Below, one piece after another: positions 35,781 to 51,085 of a stretch of DNA of 64,000 nt. Origin of the DNA: Eukaryota sp. GEM-RC1 (taxonomy: Eukaryota); NCBI GenBank assembly GCA_040285855.1, contig JAUFOQ010000016.1:3286001-3350000 (forward strand), in the 5' to 3' direction. The position numbers and the translations under genes were made by a program. Each line of letters starts with the position of its first letter. Within the stretch, counting starts at the first letter, position 1. The notes beneath the pieces are model-generated. The model was not told where the DNA came from, did no database searches, and worked only from the letters and a program-made list of their open reading frames with translations.

Positions 35781-38123
35781 TAGGGGTGTACAAGACTCGA
35801 GTCGGACTCAGCTATTGTAAGTCTGAGTCTGAGTCCGACTCACCGTATCTGAGTCTGAGTCTGAGTCGAACTCAACTAGTCTGAGTCTGAGTCCGACTCA
35901 CCGTATCTGAGTCTGAGTCTGAATCCCACTCATAATATCTGAGTCTGAGTCTGAGCTTGAGTTTCACATCATAAACAATCTTTATTAAGTACATTATTAA
36001 CCATTATTATTCTACTGTCCACCGCTTAAGACAGACACATGCTTCAACATTTAAATCTGTTAGACGTGATCTGTCAGGAGCCACAACTCTTCCAGCTTGT
36101 GAAAAAAAAGACTCAGAAGCTACATTAGAGGCTTGAACTGATAGTGCAATTCGAGATGTTCTTGCAAGTGTAGGGAACTTTGATTCATTAAGTTTCCACC
36201 ACATCAAAGGATCTTGGTCCATTTCAATCAGTCCATCACTGAGATAGATATCAAGTTCATCTAACTCAGTTAATTATTCTTCGTTACGAACACATACTTT
36301 TTTTCTTGCAAGCTCTTTCATTAGAGATTTTCCTTGAGGGTTGTTCTGCGATTCTTCTGTACTTACTGCAAGACTTCCCACTTTGGATTCAATAAACTCC
36401 CTCATTGAACCCTTCAGCATCTCTTCATTCTCAATGTAACAACTTGGTAGGAAGTTCTGATTGTTTTTGAATCTAGGATCCAACACAAGACCGACATATC
36501 CTGCAAAATCGAACACACTTCTGTCACTTCGACGTCCACTGATATACTCCGTAAACTTTTCCAACACTTTTGATGCTACGGCAGAAATAAAACCAGATTC
36601 ACGTCCTTCTACAGGATCGCAAATTACTTTAAGCTTTTCCCATAATAAATTAAACAAAGTTAAACCTACGGACACAGTAACGGTAGACCTTGAAGAACAA
36701 ATTTCAGTTAACTCATAGAAATCAGATAACAAGAAGATCAACAGCTGATGAAGATCTTCTCTTTCAGAAATGGTGAGTTTCAAATGCATCAACTTGTTGT
36801 CATTGAAAATCATATGATCTACAATGTCTATCAATTGGCTGTACCTTTCTAGCATCATGAAGGACGAATTCCATCTTGTTGAAACATCAACAATCATGGA
36901 GGTGGTTTCAAGTCCTTCCAACTTGCATCTATCAGAAATACGTTCCCTCAAGTCTGAGCTTCTGTGTGATCTGACACAAAACTCTCTAATTTTTTTGACG
37001 AAAAAACAACCCTGATCTTCAAGAAAATTTGGAGTACTTCTGAATAATTGGTTGAGGGCAAGGTGAAGAACCTGCGCCAAACATCTTCTATGATAAACAA
37101 TACCAGGTGTACCCAATAATTCCACAAATTTTGTTAAATCAATGTTTGAGACATTGTCTGAAGTTACAGAAAAAACTTTGTTCTCAAGTTTGAACTGTTA
37201 TAGAACGTTTTTAAACTAGTATGTGGATGTTTAATTTACCCACAATCAAGGGTCTTAGTTTTGAGCCCAAAATTCTTATCGATGTAATGCACAGTAACTC
37301 CCAAGAATGGAGTACCACCTTTGCTGGTCCAAATATCCAAAGTGAAATTGAGTAAAGAGTTGTCAATCATAACTTCTAGTTCATTTCCAATACTTTCTTG
37401 TTTTTCCTTATATAGCAAAACTATATCTCGTTGGACAGTGTTTCGGCCAATTTCTTCATAGTTGGGACACAACCAATTAATTATTTTTCTGAACGAAGGA
37501 CGTTCCACTTCTGAAAACGGATGACATCCATCAATGATGTATTCATTGATAAGTACACGAAGAAAGGACTGTTGTGCCTTAGTTAGTTTTTTGCTGAATA
37601 GGTGAATGAGGGGACGCAAATGGCAAGATCGACTGAGTTTCAAGAGAAGGAGGAATACGATCACCCACATAGATGTTGTGGATGTTTGCAAGATGTTTTG
37701 ATAGAATCGAAGAACTAGTAGATAAAGAGAAGCTGCTTTGACAGTGATTACAAAATCTTCGGTCGGTGTTATCGACTACCATTACAGTAAAATGATCATC
37801 TCTAAAGTGTTTGGACTTCTGACGACTTGAAGAAGATGGCATTAGGTTATGGAAGACAGCAAGGTTGTTGAAGAAAGAAAAGTGACACTATAAAAATCGT
37901 AAACTTCAAGTAAATTGCTGCAATTTTCCATTGAATGATTACCATGTTATGATTTATTATAAATAAGATAATGATATATGAAATACCTGAGTCTGAGTCT
38001 GAGTCGGACTTAAGGATTGTGAGTCTGAGTCTGAGTCTGACTCGGGGGTTGTGGGTCTGAGCCTGAGTCTGAGTCTAGACTCAGCTCGAGTCTAAACTTG
38101 AGTCCAGTTTTTGTACACCCCTA
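35781..38123 (-). mobile_element. hAT DNA transposon, copy 5 (type B end)
   Basis: As copy 4. Confidence 0.95.
36007..37842 (-). pseudogene. hAT transposase pseudogene
   Basis: Same motifs, fragmented ORFs. Confidence 0.92.
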
Positions 38124-38557
38124 GTGTTTACTGTGGATGTTTGCAAAAAGGGCATTTAAGGATGCTAACAATGTGTCTCCACTTGATTTTTCAGAACAAT
38201 ACAAGAGAAACAAATATCATGTTCCCTTGACTACTCTCAAACATTCTAGACATGTTGAGTACGAATTATGTCTTTTGCCATTTCAATTTATGGTCGACTT
38301 GGTAAAGAAGCTCTTTGTTTTCTCTGATGTTGAGATAGTTGTAAAAAAAGAACATCTAGATTGAAGAGGTTTCCTTTATTGCACCTTTTGAGACTATACG
38401 AGCATTTTCTGCAGAAGCTGACACTTTGAATGAAGAGATTGGTTTAAATCTAAATATTGAAAAGTGTTTCGTTATAGGAAAAGAACCTAATTTATTAACA
38501 ATTCGTTCAATTGAAGTACCTTTTATTAATTATCTTTCTGATTTCTTGATTGTTTTT

Positions 38558-39044
38558 GGGGTCGGGTAAATACAACACGTAAATACACCATCTCAGATTC
38601 TCTTCGATCCTACATTGTGTTTATGATACATGGAGTTATACTCTACACAGTTGTACAAGTGCTACAACAAGTAAGTGATCTGATGGAGATATTCAGTACA
38701 CGTTCGTGGACCTCCATTCAGTTATATTCAAGGGACTATTTAGAATGAAAAACGACCAGCATAGATGCTCTTCTTATGTAAGGGAAGACTTCATTCACTT
38801 GTAATCATAATGTTCTTAGTTTGTTGAACAAGAACGCTCCTAGGCAGGAAGTACGACTCAAAATAATTTCCGAACATTTTGTTAAACAAAGAGGAGTGTG
38901 ATCAGATGAAGCAAAACAACGCTCTTTGAACTCATTTTATAGACCACATCATTAGAACATCACTATTATGTTGACGAAGATAGGTACAAACTGCATTGAA
39001 GTAAATGGGGATGGTGTATTTAGGTGGTGTATTTACCCGCCCCC
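38558..39044. mobile_element. Merlin-like TIR element
   Basis: Copy of 14738-15224. Confidence 0.7.
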
Positions 39045-39517
39045 TTGTTTTTTTTTGGTAAAAAGGAGAATATTGTCAAAAATCTTGATGATTATCTGAT
39101 TTAGATTCAACAAGAGTGGGATAAAATGAACGTTCTTGAAATTAGAGAGAATTATTTATTCTAAAAGTAATAGACAACAACACTACAGTGTAAGTTCTTG
39201 AAATTAAAAACACTTAACGTTCTTCATGCTCTAAATTTGCTATTCTGGTTTTAATCAATTTGAAGGACAGATGTTCAGTTGCTTTGATTAACCAAATTCG
39301 ACAGATTTATGAATTGTTGTCCAAAGATCTTCAATGGATCACAACATTTTAGGACTTGTATTCATGATGCTGTCATAGATCAAATTCGTGCAATGTGTAA
39401 GTCCCACAAAATCGAATCTTTGAAATCAATAATTAAAAAAATAGTGATTCTGATAAGAACGGCTGACGTCATGGTTCCATCGGTCTATGATGAACTAACG
39501 GCTGTTGATGTGATTAC

Positions 39518-41870
39518 TAGGGGTGTACAAGACTCGAGTCGGACTCGAGTCGGACTCAGCTATTGTAAGTCTGAGTCTGAGTCCGACTCACCGTATCTGA
39601 GTCTGAGTCTGAGTCGAACTCAACTAGTCTGAGTCTGAGTCCGACTCACCGTATCTGAGTCTGAGTCTGAATCCCACTCATAATATCTGAGTCTGAGTCT
39701 GAGCTTGAGTTTCACATCATAAACAATCTTTATTAAGTACATTATTAACCATTATTATTCTACTGTCCACCGCTTAAGACAGACACATGCTTCAACATTT
39801 AAATCTGTTAGACGTGATCTGTCAGGAGCCACAACTCTTCCAGCTTGTGAAAAAAAAGACTCAGAAGCTACATTAGAGGCTTGAACTGATAGTGCAATTC
39901 GAGATGTTCTTGCAAGTGTAGGGAACTTTGATTCATTAAGTTTCCACCACATCAAAGGATCTTGGTCCATTTCAATCAGTCCATCACTGAGATAGATATC
40001 AAGTTCATCTAACTCAGTTAATTATTCTTCGTTACGAACACATACTTTTTTTTCTTGCAAGCTCTTTCATTAGAGATTTTCCTTGAGGGTTGTTCTGCGA
40101 TTCTTCTGTACTTACTGCAAGACTTCCCACTTTGGATTCAATAAACTCCCTCATTGAACCCTTCAGCATCTCTTCATTCTCAATGTAACAACTTGGTAGG
40201 AAGTTCTGATTGTTTTTGAATCTAGGATCCAACACAAGACCGACATATCCTGCAAAATCGAACACACTTCTGTCACTTCGACGTCCACTGATATACTCCG
40301 TAAACTTTTCCAACACTTTTGATGCTACGGCAGAAATAAAACCAGATTCACGTCCTTCTACAGGATCGCAAATTACTTTAAGCTTTTCCCATAATAAATT
40401 GAACAAAGTTAAACCTACGGACACAGTAACGGTAGACCTTGAAGAACAAATTTCAGTTAACTCATAGAAATCAGATAACAAGAAGATCAACAGCTGATGA
40501 AGATCTTCTCTTTCAGAAATGGTGAGTTTCAAATGCATCAACTTGTTGTCATTGAAAATCATATGATCTACAATGTCTATCAATTGGCTGTACCTTTCTA
40601 GCATCATGAAGGACGAATTCCATCTTGTTGAAACATCAACAATCATGGAGGAGGTTTCAAGTCCTTCCAACTTGCATCTATCAGAAATACGTTCCCTCAA
40701 GTCTGAGCTTCTGTGTGATCTGACACAAAATTCTCTAATTGTTTTGACGAAAAAGAACCCTGATCTTCAAGAAAATTTGGAGTACTTCTGAATAATTGGT
40801 TGAGGGCAAGGTGAAGAACATACGCCAAACATCTTCTATGATAAACAATACCAGGTGTACCCAATAATTCCACAAATTTTGTTAAATCAATGTTTGAGAC
40901 ATTGTCTGAAGTTACAGAAAAACTTTGTTCTCAAGTTTGAACTGTTATAGAACGTTTTTAAACTAGTATGTGGATGTTTAATTAACCCACAATCAAGGGT
41001 CTTAGTTTTGAGCCCAAAATTCTTATCGATGTAATGCACAGTAACTCCCAAGAATGGAGTACCACCTTTGCTGGTCCAAATATCCAAAGTGAAATTGAGT
41101 AAAGAGTTGTCAATCATAACTTCAAGTTCATTTCCAATACTTTCTTGTTTTTCCTTATATAGCAAAACTATATCTCGTTGGACAGTGTTTCGGCCAATTT
41201 CTTCATAGTTGGGACACAACCAATTCCTTATTTTTCTGAACGAAGGACGTTCCACTTCTGAAAACGGATGACATCCATCAATGATGTATTCATTGATAAG
41301 TACACGAAGAAAGGACTGTTGTGCCTTAGTTAGTTTTTTGCGGAATAGGTGAATGAGGGGACGCAAATGGCAAGATCGACTGAGTTTCAAAAGAAGGAGG
41401 AATACGATCACCCACATAGATGTTGTGGATGTTTGCAAGATGTTTTGATAGAATCGAAGAACTAGTAGATAAAGAGAAGCTGCTTTGACAGTGATTACAA
41501 AATCTTCGGTCGGTGTTATCGACTACCATTACAGTAAAATGATCATCTCTAAAGTGTTTGGACTTCTGACGACTTGAAGAAGATGGCATTAGGTTATGGA
41601 AGACAGCAAGGTTGTTGAAGAAAGAAAAGTGACACTATAAAAATCGTAAACTTCAAGTAAATTGCTGCAATTTTCCATTGAATGAATTCCATGTTATGAT
41701 TTATTATAAATAAGATAATTTTATATGAAATACCTGAGTCTGAGTCTGAGTCGGACTTAAGGATTGCGAGTCTGAGTCTGAGTCTGACTCGGGGGTTGTG
41801 AGTCTTGGCCTGAGTCTGAGTCTAGACTCAGCTCGAGTCTAAACTTGAGTCGAGTTTTTGTACAGCCCTA
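39518..41870 (-). mobile_element. hAT DNA transposon, copy 6 (type A end, mosaic interior)
   Basis: Right end TTGTACAGCCCTA, TSD GTGATTAC; 12-bp duplication GACTCGAGTCG(G) near the left end. Confidence 0.95.
39755..41589 (-). pseudogene. hAT transposase pseudogene
   Basis: Same motifs, fragmented ORFs. Confidence 0.92.
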
Positions 41871-42277
41871 GTGATTACTGTGGATGTTTGCAAAAAAAGG
41901 GCTTTTAAGGATGCTAACAATGTGTCTCCACTTAATTTTTCAGAACAATACAAGAGAATCAAATATCATGTTCCCTTGACTACTCTCAAACATTCTAGAC
42001 ATGTTGAGTACGAATTATGTCCTTTTGACATTTCAATTTATGGTCGACTTGGTAAAGAAGCTCTTTGTTTTCTCTGATGTTGAGATAGTTGTAAAAAAAG
42101 AATGAACAAGAAATTTGACTTTAAGTTTTGCTTGATTTGTATTGTTCATCAAAGGATTTGGCTTACATCTAGATTGAAGACGTTTCCTTTACTGCACCTT
42201 TTGAGACTATACGAGCAATTTCTGCAGAAGCTGCCACTTTGAATGAAGAGATTGGTTTAAATCTAAATATTGAAAAG

Positions 42278-43539
42278 AACGGATTTATGTGCGGAGAAAA
42301 AACATAATAAGATACAAATAAATCAACACTATTAAAACAAATTATCAAACGAACTACCTAATTCCGAAAAGTAGTTGCCTCCAAACAACTTGGACAAAAT
42401 GGAATCAACATTTCTATACATAGACTTAAAAATCGAACCGAAATTTCCAATGAAACTGCAAAAGGCTGAAAGACGATATTATTGTGTCTTCGTGAATTCA
42501 ATGCAGCAACTTGATGTCCGTACTTAGACACTTTGGCGTTCTCAGCGTCTTTCAGCGGATCATTTGAGGGATTCAAAATGTTGGCAATAGCTGAAGCTTT
42601 GCAAGGATCAACAGTCGTAAAATCAACAACACTTTCTTGGCATGACAACCAAGGGCCAATAAAATCACCACGTTTCTGAGTAGAATCAGGGTGATCTGAG
42701 AGATGAGAAAGTAATGGTTCGACTTTGCCATGGAAACCATTCGCCTTAAACATTTCCAAACATGTATCTCGAAGACTGTTGTGCAAAATTGAACGACAAT
42801 ATATGAACTTTGAACAATTGACCAAATGATGAAAGCTAGCCTTATGTTTGTTTTTACAGATACACGTGCTGTTCTGTAACAAACCAAATGGCCAAAAACC
42901 TAAACGAAGTCTCATGCTAACAAGCCATTCATGATCTTTTAGATTAAAAATAAATCTCCCTGGCAATTGAGTAATGAAAGTAGATGCTGAATCACTACTC
43001 ATGTCTTGTAAAAATGCACAGAAAGCGGGACTTTTAACTTTAGCCAAGCTAATGCAGTTAGTATAGTCCAAGCTCTCATGAAAAGATACAAATTTCTTCT
43101 GAAATTTTCTAACACCAAGAGGAAGGGAAAAAAGCGTACGTTGAGGTGTTTCCGTCACAGATGCAGGGAACAAGGATCCCCAAACATCAGGGTTCATACC
43201 ATCTACAAGATTTTGAAGTGATATAAGCCATTGACAAGGCGAATATCGAATGAGATCTTCTTTAGACCAAAATAAGGGATAACGTAACTTAAATTCATAC
43301 AGCAGATTCTTCAAACATCCTAAAAAGGCACCTTCACGCATATAATGAGCTTTGGAAAACCAATTCAACCAAATCTCACAGCAGCAAATGAATGACGATG
43401 AATGGAAAGTTTTTTCGACTCTACCAGCTCTGACAAAAACTCTGTTCTCAGATCGTTAAAACGACGAGAAAGGTCTACCGTAAGCTCAGGAGGTAATCCA
43501 CGTAAAAAATGATTGACTTTACCTGCAAAACAAACTTGC
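42278..43539 (-). mobile_element. CRE-like fragment (family A), copy 7
   Basis: ORF 42358-43368 (336 aa), same translation as copy 3. Confidence 0.85.
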
Positions 43540-44030
43540 GATGTTTGCAAAAAAAGGGCATTTAAGGATGCTAACAATGAAGTGTCTCCACTTGATTTTT
43601 CAGAACAATACAAGAGAAACAAATATGATGTTCCCTTGACTACTCTCAAACATTCTAGACATGTTGAGTACGAATTATGTCCTATTGCCATTTTAATTTA
43701 TGGTCGACTTGGTAAAGAAGCTCTTTGTTTTCTCTGATGTTGAGATAGTTGTAAACAAAGAATGAACAAGAAATTTTACTTTAAGTTTTGCTTGACTTGT
43801 ATTGTTCATCAAAGGATTTGGCTTACATACAGATTGAAGAGGTTTCCTTTATTGCACCTTTTGAGACTATACGAGCATTTTCTGCAGAAGCTGACACTTT
43901 GAATGAAGAGATTGGTTTAAAACTAAATATTGAAAAGTGTTTCGTTATAGGAAAAGAACCTAATTTATTAACAATTCGTTCAATTGAAGTACCTTTTATT
44001 AATTATCTTTCTGATTTCTTGATTGTTTTT

Positions 44031-44517
44031 GGGGTCGGGTAAATACAACACGTAAATACACCATCTCAGATTCTCTTCGATCCTACATTGTGTTTATGAT
44101 ACATGGAGTTATACTCTACACAGTTGTACAAGTGCTACAACAAGTAAGTGATCTGATGGAGATATTCAGTACACGTTCGTGGACCTCCATTCAGTTATAT
44201 TCAAGGGACTATTTAGAATGAAAAACGACCAGCATAGATGCTCTTCTTATGTAAGGGAAGACTTCATTCACTTGTAATCATAGTGTTCTTAGTTTGTTGA
44301 ACAAGAACGCTCCTAGGCAGGAAGTACGACTCAAAATAATTTCCGAACATTTTGTTAAACAAAGAGGAGTGTGATCAGATGAAGCAAAACAACGCTCTTT
44401 GAACTCATTTTATAGACCACATCATTAGAACATCACTATTATGTTGACGAAGATAGGTACAAACTGCATTGAAGTAAATGGGGATGGTGTATTTAGGTGG
44501 TGTATTTACCCGCCCCC
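44031..44517. mobile_element. Merlin-like TIR element
   Basis: Copy of 14738-15224. Confidence 0.7.
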
Positions 44518-44989
44518 TTGTTTTTTTTTGGTAAAAAGGAGAATATTGTCAAAAATCTTGATGATTATCTGATTTAGATTCAACAAGAGTGGGATAAAAT
44601 GAACGTTCTTGAAATTAGAGAGAATTATTTATTCTAAAAGTAATAGACAACAACACTACAGTGTAAGTTCTTGAAATTAAAAACACTTAACGTTCTTCAT
44701 GCTCTAAATTTGCTATTCTGGTTTTAAAAAATTTGAAGGACAGATGTTCAGTTGCTTTGATTAACCAAATTCGACAGATTTATGAATTGTTGTCCAAAGA
44801 TCTTCAATGGATCACAACATTTTAGGACTTGCATTCATGATGCTGTCATAGATCAAATTCGTGCAATGTGTAAGTCCCACAAAATCGAATCTTTGAAATC
44901 AATAATTCAAAAATAGTGATTCTGATAAGAACGGCTGACGTCATGGTTCCATCGGTCAATGATGAACTAACGGCTGTTGATGTGATTAC

Positions 44990-47287
44990 TAGGGGTGTAC
45001 AAGACTCGAGTCGGACTCAGCTATTGTAAGTCTGAGTCTGAGTCCGACTCACCGTATCTGAGTCTGAGTCTGAGTCGAACTCAACTAGTCTGAGTCTGAG
45101 TCCGACTCACCGTGTCTGAGCTTGAGTTTCACATCATAAACAATCTTTATTAAGTACATTATTAACCATTATTATTCTACTGTCCACCGCTTAAGACAGA
45201 CACATGCTTCAACATTTAAATCTGTTAGACGTGATCTGTCAGGAGCCACAACTCTTCCAGCTTGTGAAAAAAAAGACTCAGAAGCTACATTAGAGGCTTG
45301 AACTGATAGTGCAATTCGAGATGTTCTTGCAAGTGTAGGGAACTTTGATTCATTAAGTTTCCACCACATCAAAGGATCTTGGTCCATTTCAATCAGTCCA
45401 TCACTGAGATAGATATCAAGTTCATCTAACTCAGTTAATTATTCTTCGTTACGAACACATACTTTTTTTCTTGCAAGCTCTTTCATTAGAGATTTTCCTT
45501 GAGGGTTGTTCTGCGATTCTTCTGTACTTACTGCAAGACTTCCCACTTTGGATTCAATAAACTCCCTCATTGAACCCTTCAGCATCTCTTCATTCTCAAT
45601 GTAACAACTTGGTAGGAAGTTCTGATTGTTTTTGAATCTAGGATCCAACACAAGACCGACATATCCTGCAAAATCGAACACACTTCTGTCACTTCGACGT
45701 CCACTGATATACTCCGTAAACTTTTCCAACACTTTTGATGCTACGGCAGAAATAAAACCAGATTCACGTCCTTCTACAGGATCGCAAATTACTTTAAGCT
45801 TTTCCCATAATAAATTGAACAAAGTTAAACCTACGGACACAGTAACGGTAGACCTTGAAGAACAAATTTCAGTTAACTCATAGAAATCAGATAACAAGAA
45901 GATCAACAGCTGATGAAGATCTTCTCTTTCAGAAATGGTGAGTTTCAAATGCATCAACTTGTTGTCATTGAAAATCATATGATCTACAATGTCTATCAAT
46001 TGGCTGTACCTTTCTAGCATCATGAAGGACGAATTCCATCTTGTTGAAACATCAACAATCATGGAGGTGGTTTCAAGTCCTTCCAACTTGCATCTATCAG
46101 AAATACGTTCCCTCAAGTCTGAGCTTCTGTGTGATCTGACACAAAACTCTCTAATTTTTTTGACGAAAAAACAACCCTGATCTTCAAGAAAATTTGGAGT
46201 ACTTCTGAATAATTGGTTGAGGGCAAGGTGAAGAACATGCGCCAAACATCTTCTATGATAAACAATACCAGGTGTACCCAATAATTCCACAAATTTTGTT
46301 AAATCAATGTTTGAGACATTGTCTGAAGTTACAGAAAAAACTTTGTTCTCAAGTTTGAACTGTTATAGAACGTTTTTAAACTAGTATGTGGATGTTTAAT
46401 TTACCCACAATCAAGGGTCTTAGTTTTGAGCCCAAAATTCTTATCGATGTAATGCACAGTAACTCCCAAGAATGGAGTACCACCTTTGCTGGTCCAAATA
46501 TCCAAAGTGAAATTGAGTAAAGAGTTGTCAATCATAACTTCTAGTTCATTTCCAATACTTTCTTGTTTTTCCTTATATAGCAAAACTATATCTCGTTGGA
46601 CAGTGTTTCGGCCAATTTCTTCATAGTTGGGACACAACCAATTAATTATTTTTCTGAACGAAGGACGTTCCACTTCTGAAAACGGATGACATCCATCAAT
46701 GATGTATTCATTGATAAGTACACGAAGAAAGGACTGTTGTGCCTTAGTTAGTTTTTGCTGAATAGGTGAATGAGGGGACGCAAATGGCAAGATCGACTGA
46801 GTTTCAAGAGAAGGAGGAATACGATCACCCACATAGATGTTGTGGATGTTTGCAAGATGTTTTGATAGAATCGAAGAACTAGTAGATAAAGAGAAGCTGC
46901 TTTGACAGTGATTACAAAATCTTCGGTCGGTGTTATCGACTACCATTACAGTAAAATGATCATCTCTAAAGTGTTTGGACTTCTGACGACTTGAAGAAGA
47001 TGGCATTAGGTTATGGAAGACAGCAAGGTTGTTGAAGAAAGAAAAGTGACACTATAAAAATCGTAAACTTCAAGTAAATTGCTGCAATTTTCCATTGAAT
47101 GATTACCATGTTATGATTTATTATAAATAAGATAATGATATATGAAATACCTGAGTCTGAGTCTGAGTCGGACTTAAGGATTGTGAGTCTGAGTCTGAGT
47201 CTGACTCGGGGGTTGTGGGTCTGAGCCTGAGTCTGAGTCTAGACTCAGCTCGAGTCTAAACTTGAGTCCAGTTTTTGTACACCCCTA
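44990..47287 (-). mobile_element. hAT DNA transposon, copy 7 (type B end)
   Basis: As copy 4, with a shortened left subterminal array. Confidence 0.95.
45172..47006 (-). pseudogene. hAT transposase pseudogene
   Basis: Same motifs, fragmented ORFs. Confidence 0.92.
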
Positions 47288-47723
47288 GTGTTTACTGTGG
47301 ATGTTTGCAAAAAAGGGCATTTAAGGATGCTAACAATGTGTCTCCATTTGTTTTTTCAGAACAATACAAGAGAAACAAATATCATGTTCCCTTGACTACT
47401 CTCAAACATTCTAGACATGTTGAGTACGAATTATGTCCTTTTGCCATTTCAATTTATGGTCGACTTGGTAAAGAAGCTCTTTGTTTTCTCTGATGTTGAG
47501 ATAGTTGTAAAAAAAGAACATCTAGATTGAAGAGGTTTCCTTTATTGCACCTTTTGAGACTATACGAGCATTTTCTGCAGAAGCTGACACTTTGAATGAA
47601 GAGATTGGTTTAAATCTAAATATTGAAAAGTGTTTCGTTATAGAAAAAGAACCTAATTTATTAACAATTCGTTCAATTGAAGTACCTTTTATTAATTATC
47701 TTTCTGATTTCTTGATTGTTTTT

Positions 47724-48210
47724 GGGGTCGGGTAAATACAACACGTAAATACACCATCTCAGATTCTCTTCGATCCTACATTGTGTTTATGATACATGGA
47801 GTTATACTCTACACAGTTGTACAAGTGCTACAACAAGTAAGTGATCTGATGGAGATATTCAGTACACGTTCGTGGACCTCCATTCAGTTATATTCAAGGG
47901 ACTATTTAGAATGAAAAACGACCAGCATAGATGCTCTTCTTATGTAAGGGAAGACTTCATTCACTTGTAATCATAGTGTTCTTAGTTTGTTGAACAAGAA
48001 CGCTCCTAGGCAGGAAGTACGACTCAAAATAATTTCCGAACATTTTGTTAAACAAAGAGGAGTGTGATCAGATGAAGCAAAACAACGCTCTTTGAACTCA
48101 TTTTATAGACCAAATCATTAGAACATCACTATTATGTTGACGAAGATAGGTACAAACTGCATTGAAGTAAATGGGGATGGTGTATTTAGGTGGTGTATTT
48201 ACCCGCCCCC
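47724..48210. mobile_element. Merlin-like TIR element
   Basis: Copy of 14738-15224. Confidence 0.7.
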
Positions 48211-48683
48211 TTGTTTTTTTTTGGTAAAAAGGAGAATATTGTCAAAAATCTTGATGATTATCTGATTTAGATTCAACAAGAGTGGGATAAAATGAACGTT
48301 CTTGAAATTAGAGAGAATTATTTATTCTAAAAGTAATAGACAACAACACTACAGTGTAAGTTCTTGAAATTAAAAACACTTAACGTTCTTCATGCTCTAA
48401 ATTTGCTATTCTGGTTTTAATCAATTTGAAGGACAGATGTTCAGTTGCTTTGATTAACCAAATTCGACAGATTTATGAATTGTTGTCCAAAGATCTTCAA
48501 TGGATCACAACATTTTAGGACTTGTATTCATGATGCTGTCATAGATCAAATTCGTGCAATGTGTAAGTCCCACAAAATCGAATCTTTGAAATCAATAATT
48601 AAAAAAATAGTGATTCTGATAAGAACGGCTGACGTCATGGTTCCATCGGTCTATGATGAACTAACGGCTGTTGATGTGATTAC

Positions 48684-51085
48684 TAGGGGTGTACAAGACT
48701 CGAGTCGGACTCAGCTATTGTAAGTCTGAGTCTGAGTCCGACTCACCGTATCTGAGTCTGAGTCTGAGTCGAACTCAACTAGTCTGAGTCTGAGTCCGAC
48801 TCACCGTATCTGAGTCTGAGTCTGAGTCGAACTCAACTAGTCTGAGTCTGAGTCCGACTCACCGTATCTGAGTCTGAGTCTGAATCCCACTCATAATATC
48901 TGAGTCTGAGTCTGAGCTTGAGTTTCACATCATAAACAATCTTTATTAAGTACATTATTAACCATTATTATTCTACTGTCCACCGCTTAAGACAGACACA
49001 TGCTTCAACATTTAAATCTGTTAGACGTGATCTGTCAGGAGCCACAACTCTTCCAGCTTGTGAAAAAAAAGACTCAGAAGCTACATTAGAGGCTTGAACT
49101 GATAGTGCAATTCGAGATGTTCTTGCAAGTGTAGGGAACTTTGATTCATTAAGTTTCCACCACATCAAAGGATCTTGGTCCATTTCAATCAGTCCATCAC
49201 TGAGATAGATATCAAGTTCATCTAACTCAGTTAATTATTCTTCGTTACGAACACATACTTTTTTTTCTTGCAAGCTCTTTCATTAGAGATTTTCCTTGAG
49301 GGTTGTTCTGCGATTCTTCTGTACTTACTGCAAGACTTCCCACTTTGGATTCAATAAACTCCCTCATTGAACCCTTCAGCATCTCTTCATTCTCAATGTA
49401 ACAACTTGGTAGGAAGTTCTGATTGTTTTTGAATCTAGGATCCAACACAAGACCGACATATCCTGCAAAATCGAACACACTTCTGTCACTTCGACGTCCA
49501 CTGATATACTCCGTAAACTTTTCCAACACTTTTGATGCTACGGCAGAAATAAAACCAGATTCACGTCCTTCTACAGGATCGCAAATTACTTTAAGCTTTT
49601 CCCATAATAAATTGAACAAAGTTAAACCTACGGACACAGTAACGGTAGACCTTGAAGAACAAATTTCAGTTAACTCATAGAAATCAGATAACAAGAAGAT
49701 CAACAGCTGATGAAGATCTTCTCTTTCAGAAATGGTGAGTTTCAAATGCATCAACTTGTTGTCATTGAAAATCATATGATCTACAATGTCTATCAATTGG
49801 CTGTACCTTTCTAGCATCATGAAGGACGAATTCCATCTTGTTGAAACATCAACAATCATGGAGGTGGTTTCAAGTCCTTCCAACTTGCATCTATCAGAAA
49901 TACGTTCCCTCAAGTCTGAGCTTCTGTGTGATCTGACACAAAACTCTCTAATTTTTTTGACGAAAAAACAACCCTGATCTTCAAGAAAATTTGGAGTACT
50001 TCTGAATAATTGGTTGAGGGCAAGGTGAAGAACATGCGCCAAACATCTTCTATGATAAACAATACCAGGTGTACCCAATAATTCCACAAATTTTGTTAAA
50101 TCAATGTTTGAGACATTGTCTGAAGTTACAGAAAAAACTTTGTTCTCAAGTTTGAACTGTTATAGAACGTTTTTAAACTAGTATGTGGATGTTTAATTTA
50201 CCCACAATCAAGGGTCTTAGTTTTGAGCCCAAAATTCTTATCGATGTAATGCACAGTAACTCCCAAGAATGGAGTACCACCTTTGCTGGTCCAAATATCC
50301 AAAGTGAAATTGAGTAAAGAGTTGTCAATCATAACTTCTAGTTCATTTCCAATACTTTCTTGTTTTTCCTTATATAGCAAAACTATATCTCGTTGGACAG
50401 TGTTTCGGCCAATTTCTTCATAGTTGGGACACAACCAATTAATTATTTTTCTGAACGAAGGACGTTCCACTTCTGAAAACGGATGACATCCATCAATGAT
50501 GTATTCATTGATAAGTACACGAAGAAAGGACTGTTGTGCCTTAGTTAGTTTTTTGCTGAATAGGTGAATGAGGGGACGCAAATGGCAAGATCGACTGAGT
50601 TTCAAGAGAAGGAGGAATACGATCACCCACATAGATGTTGTGGATGTTTGCAAGATGTTTTGATAGAATCGAAGAACTAGTAGATAAAGAGAAGCTGCTT
50701 TGACAGTGATTACAAAATCTTCGGTCGGTGTTATCGACTACCATTACAGTAAAATGATCATCTCTAAAGTGTTTGGACTTCTGACGACTTGAAGAAGATG
50801 GCATTAGGTTATGGAAGACAGCAAGGTTGTTGAAGAAAGAAAAGTGACACTATAAAAATCGTAAACTTCAAGTAAATTGCTGCAATTTTCCATTGAATGA
50901 TTACCATGTTATGATTTATTATAAATAAGATAATGATATATGAAATACCTGAGTCTGAGTCTGAGTCGGACTTAAGGATTGTGAGTCTGAGTCTGAGTCT
51001 GACTCGGGGGTTGTGGGTCTGAGCCTGAGTCTGAGTCTAGACTCAGCTCGAGTCTAAACTTGAGTCCAGTTTTTGTACACCCCTA
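48684..51085 (-). mobile_element. hAT DNA transposon, copy 8 (type B end)
   Basis: As copy 4. Confidence 0.95.
48968..50804 (-). pseudogene. hAT transposase pseudogene
   Basis: Same motifs, fragmented ORFs. Confidence 0.92.
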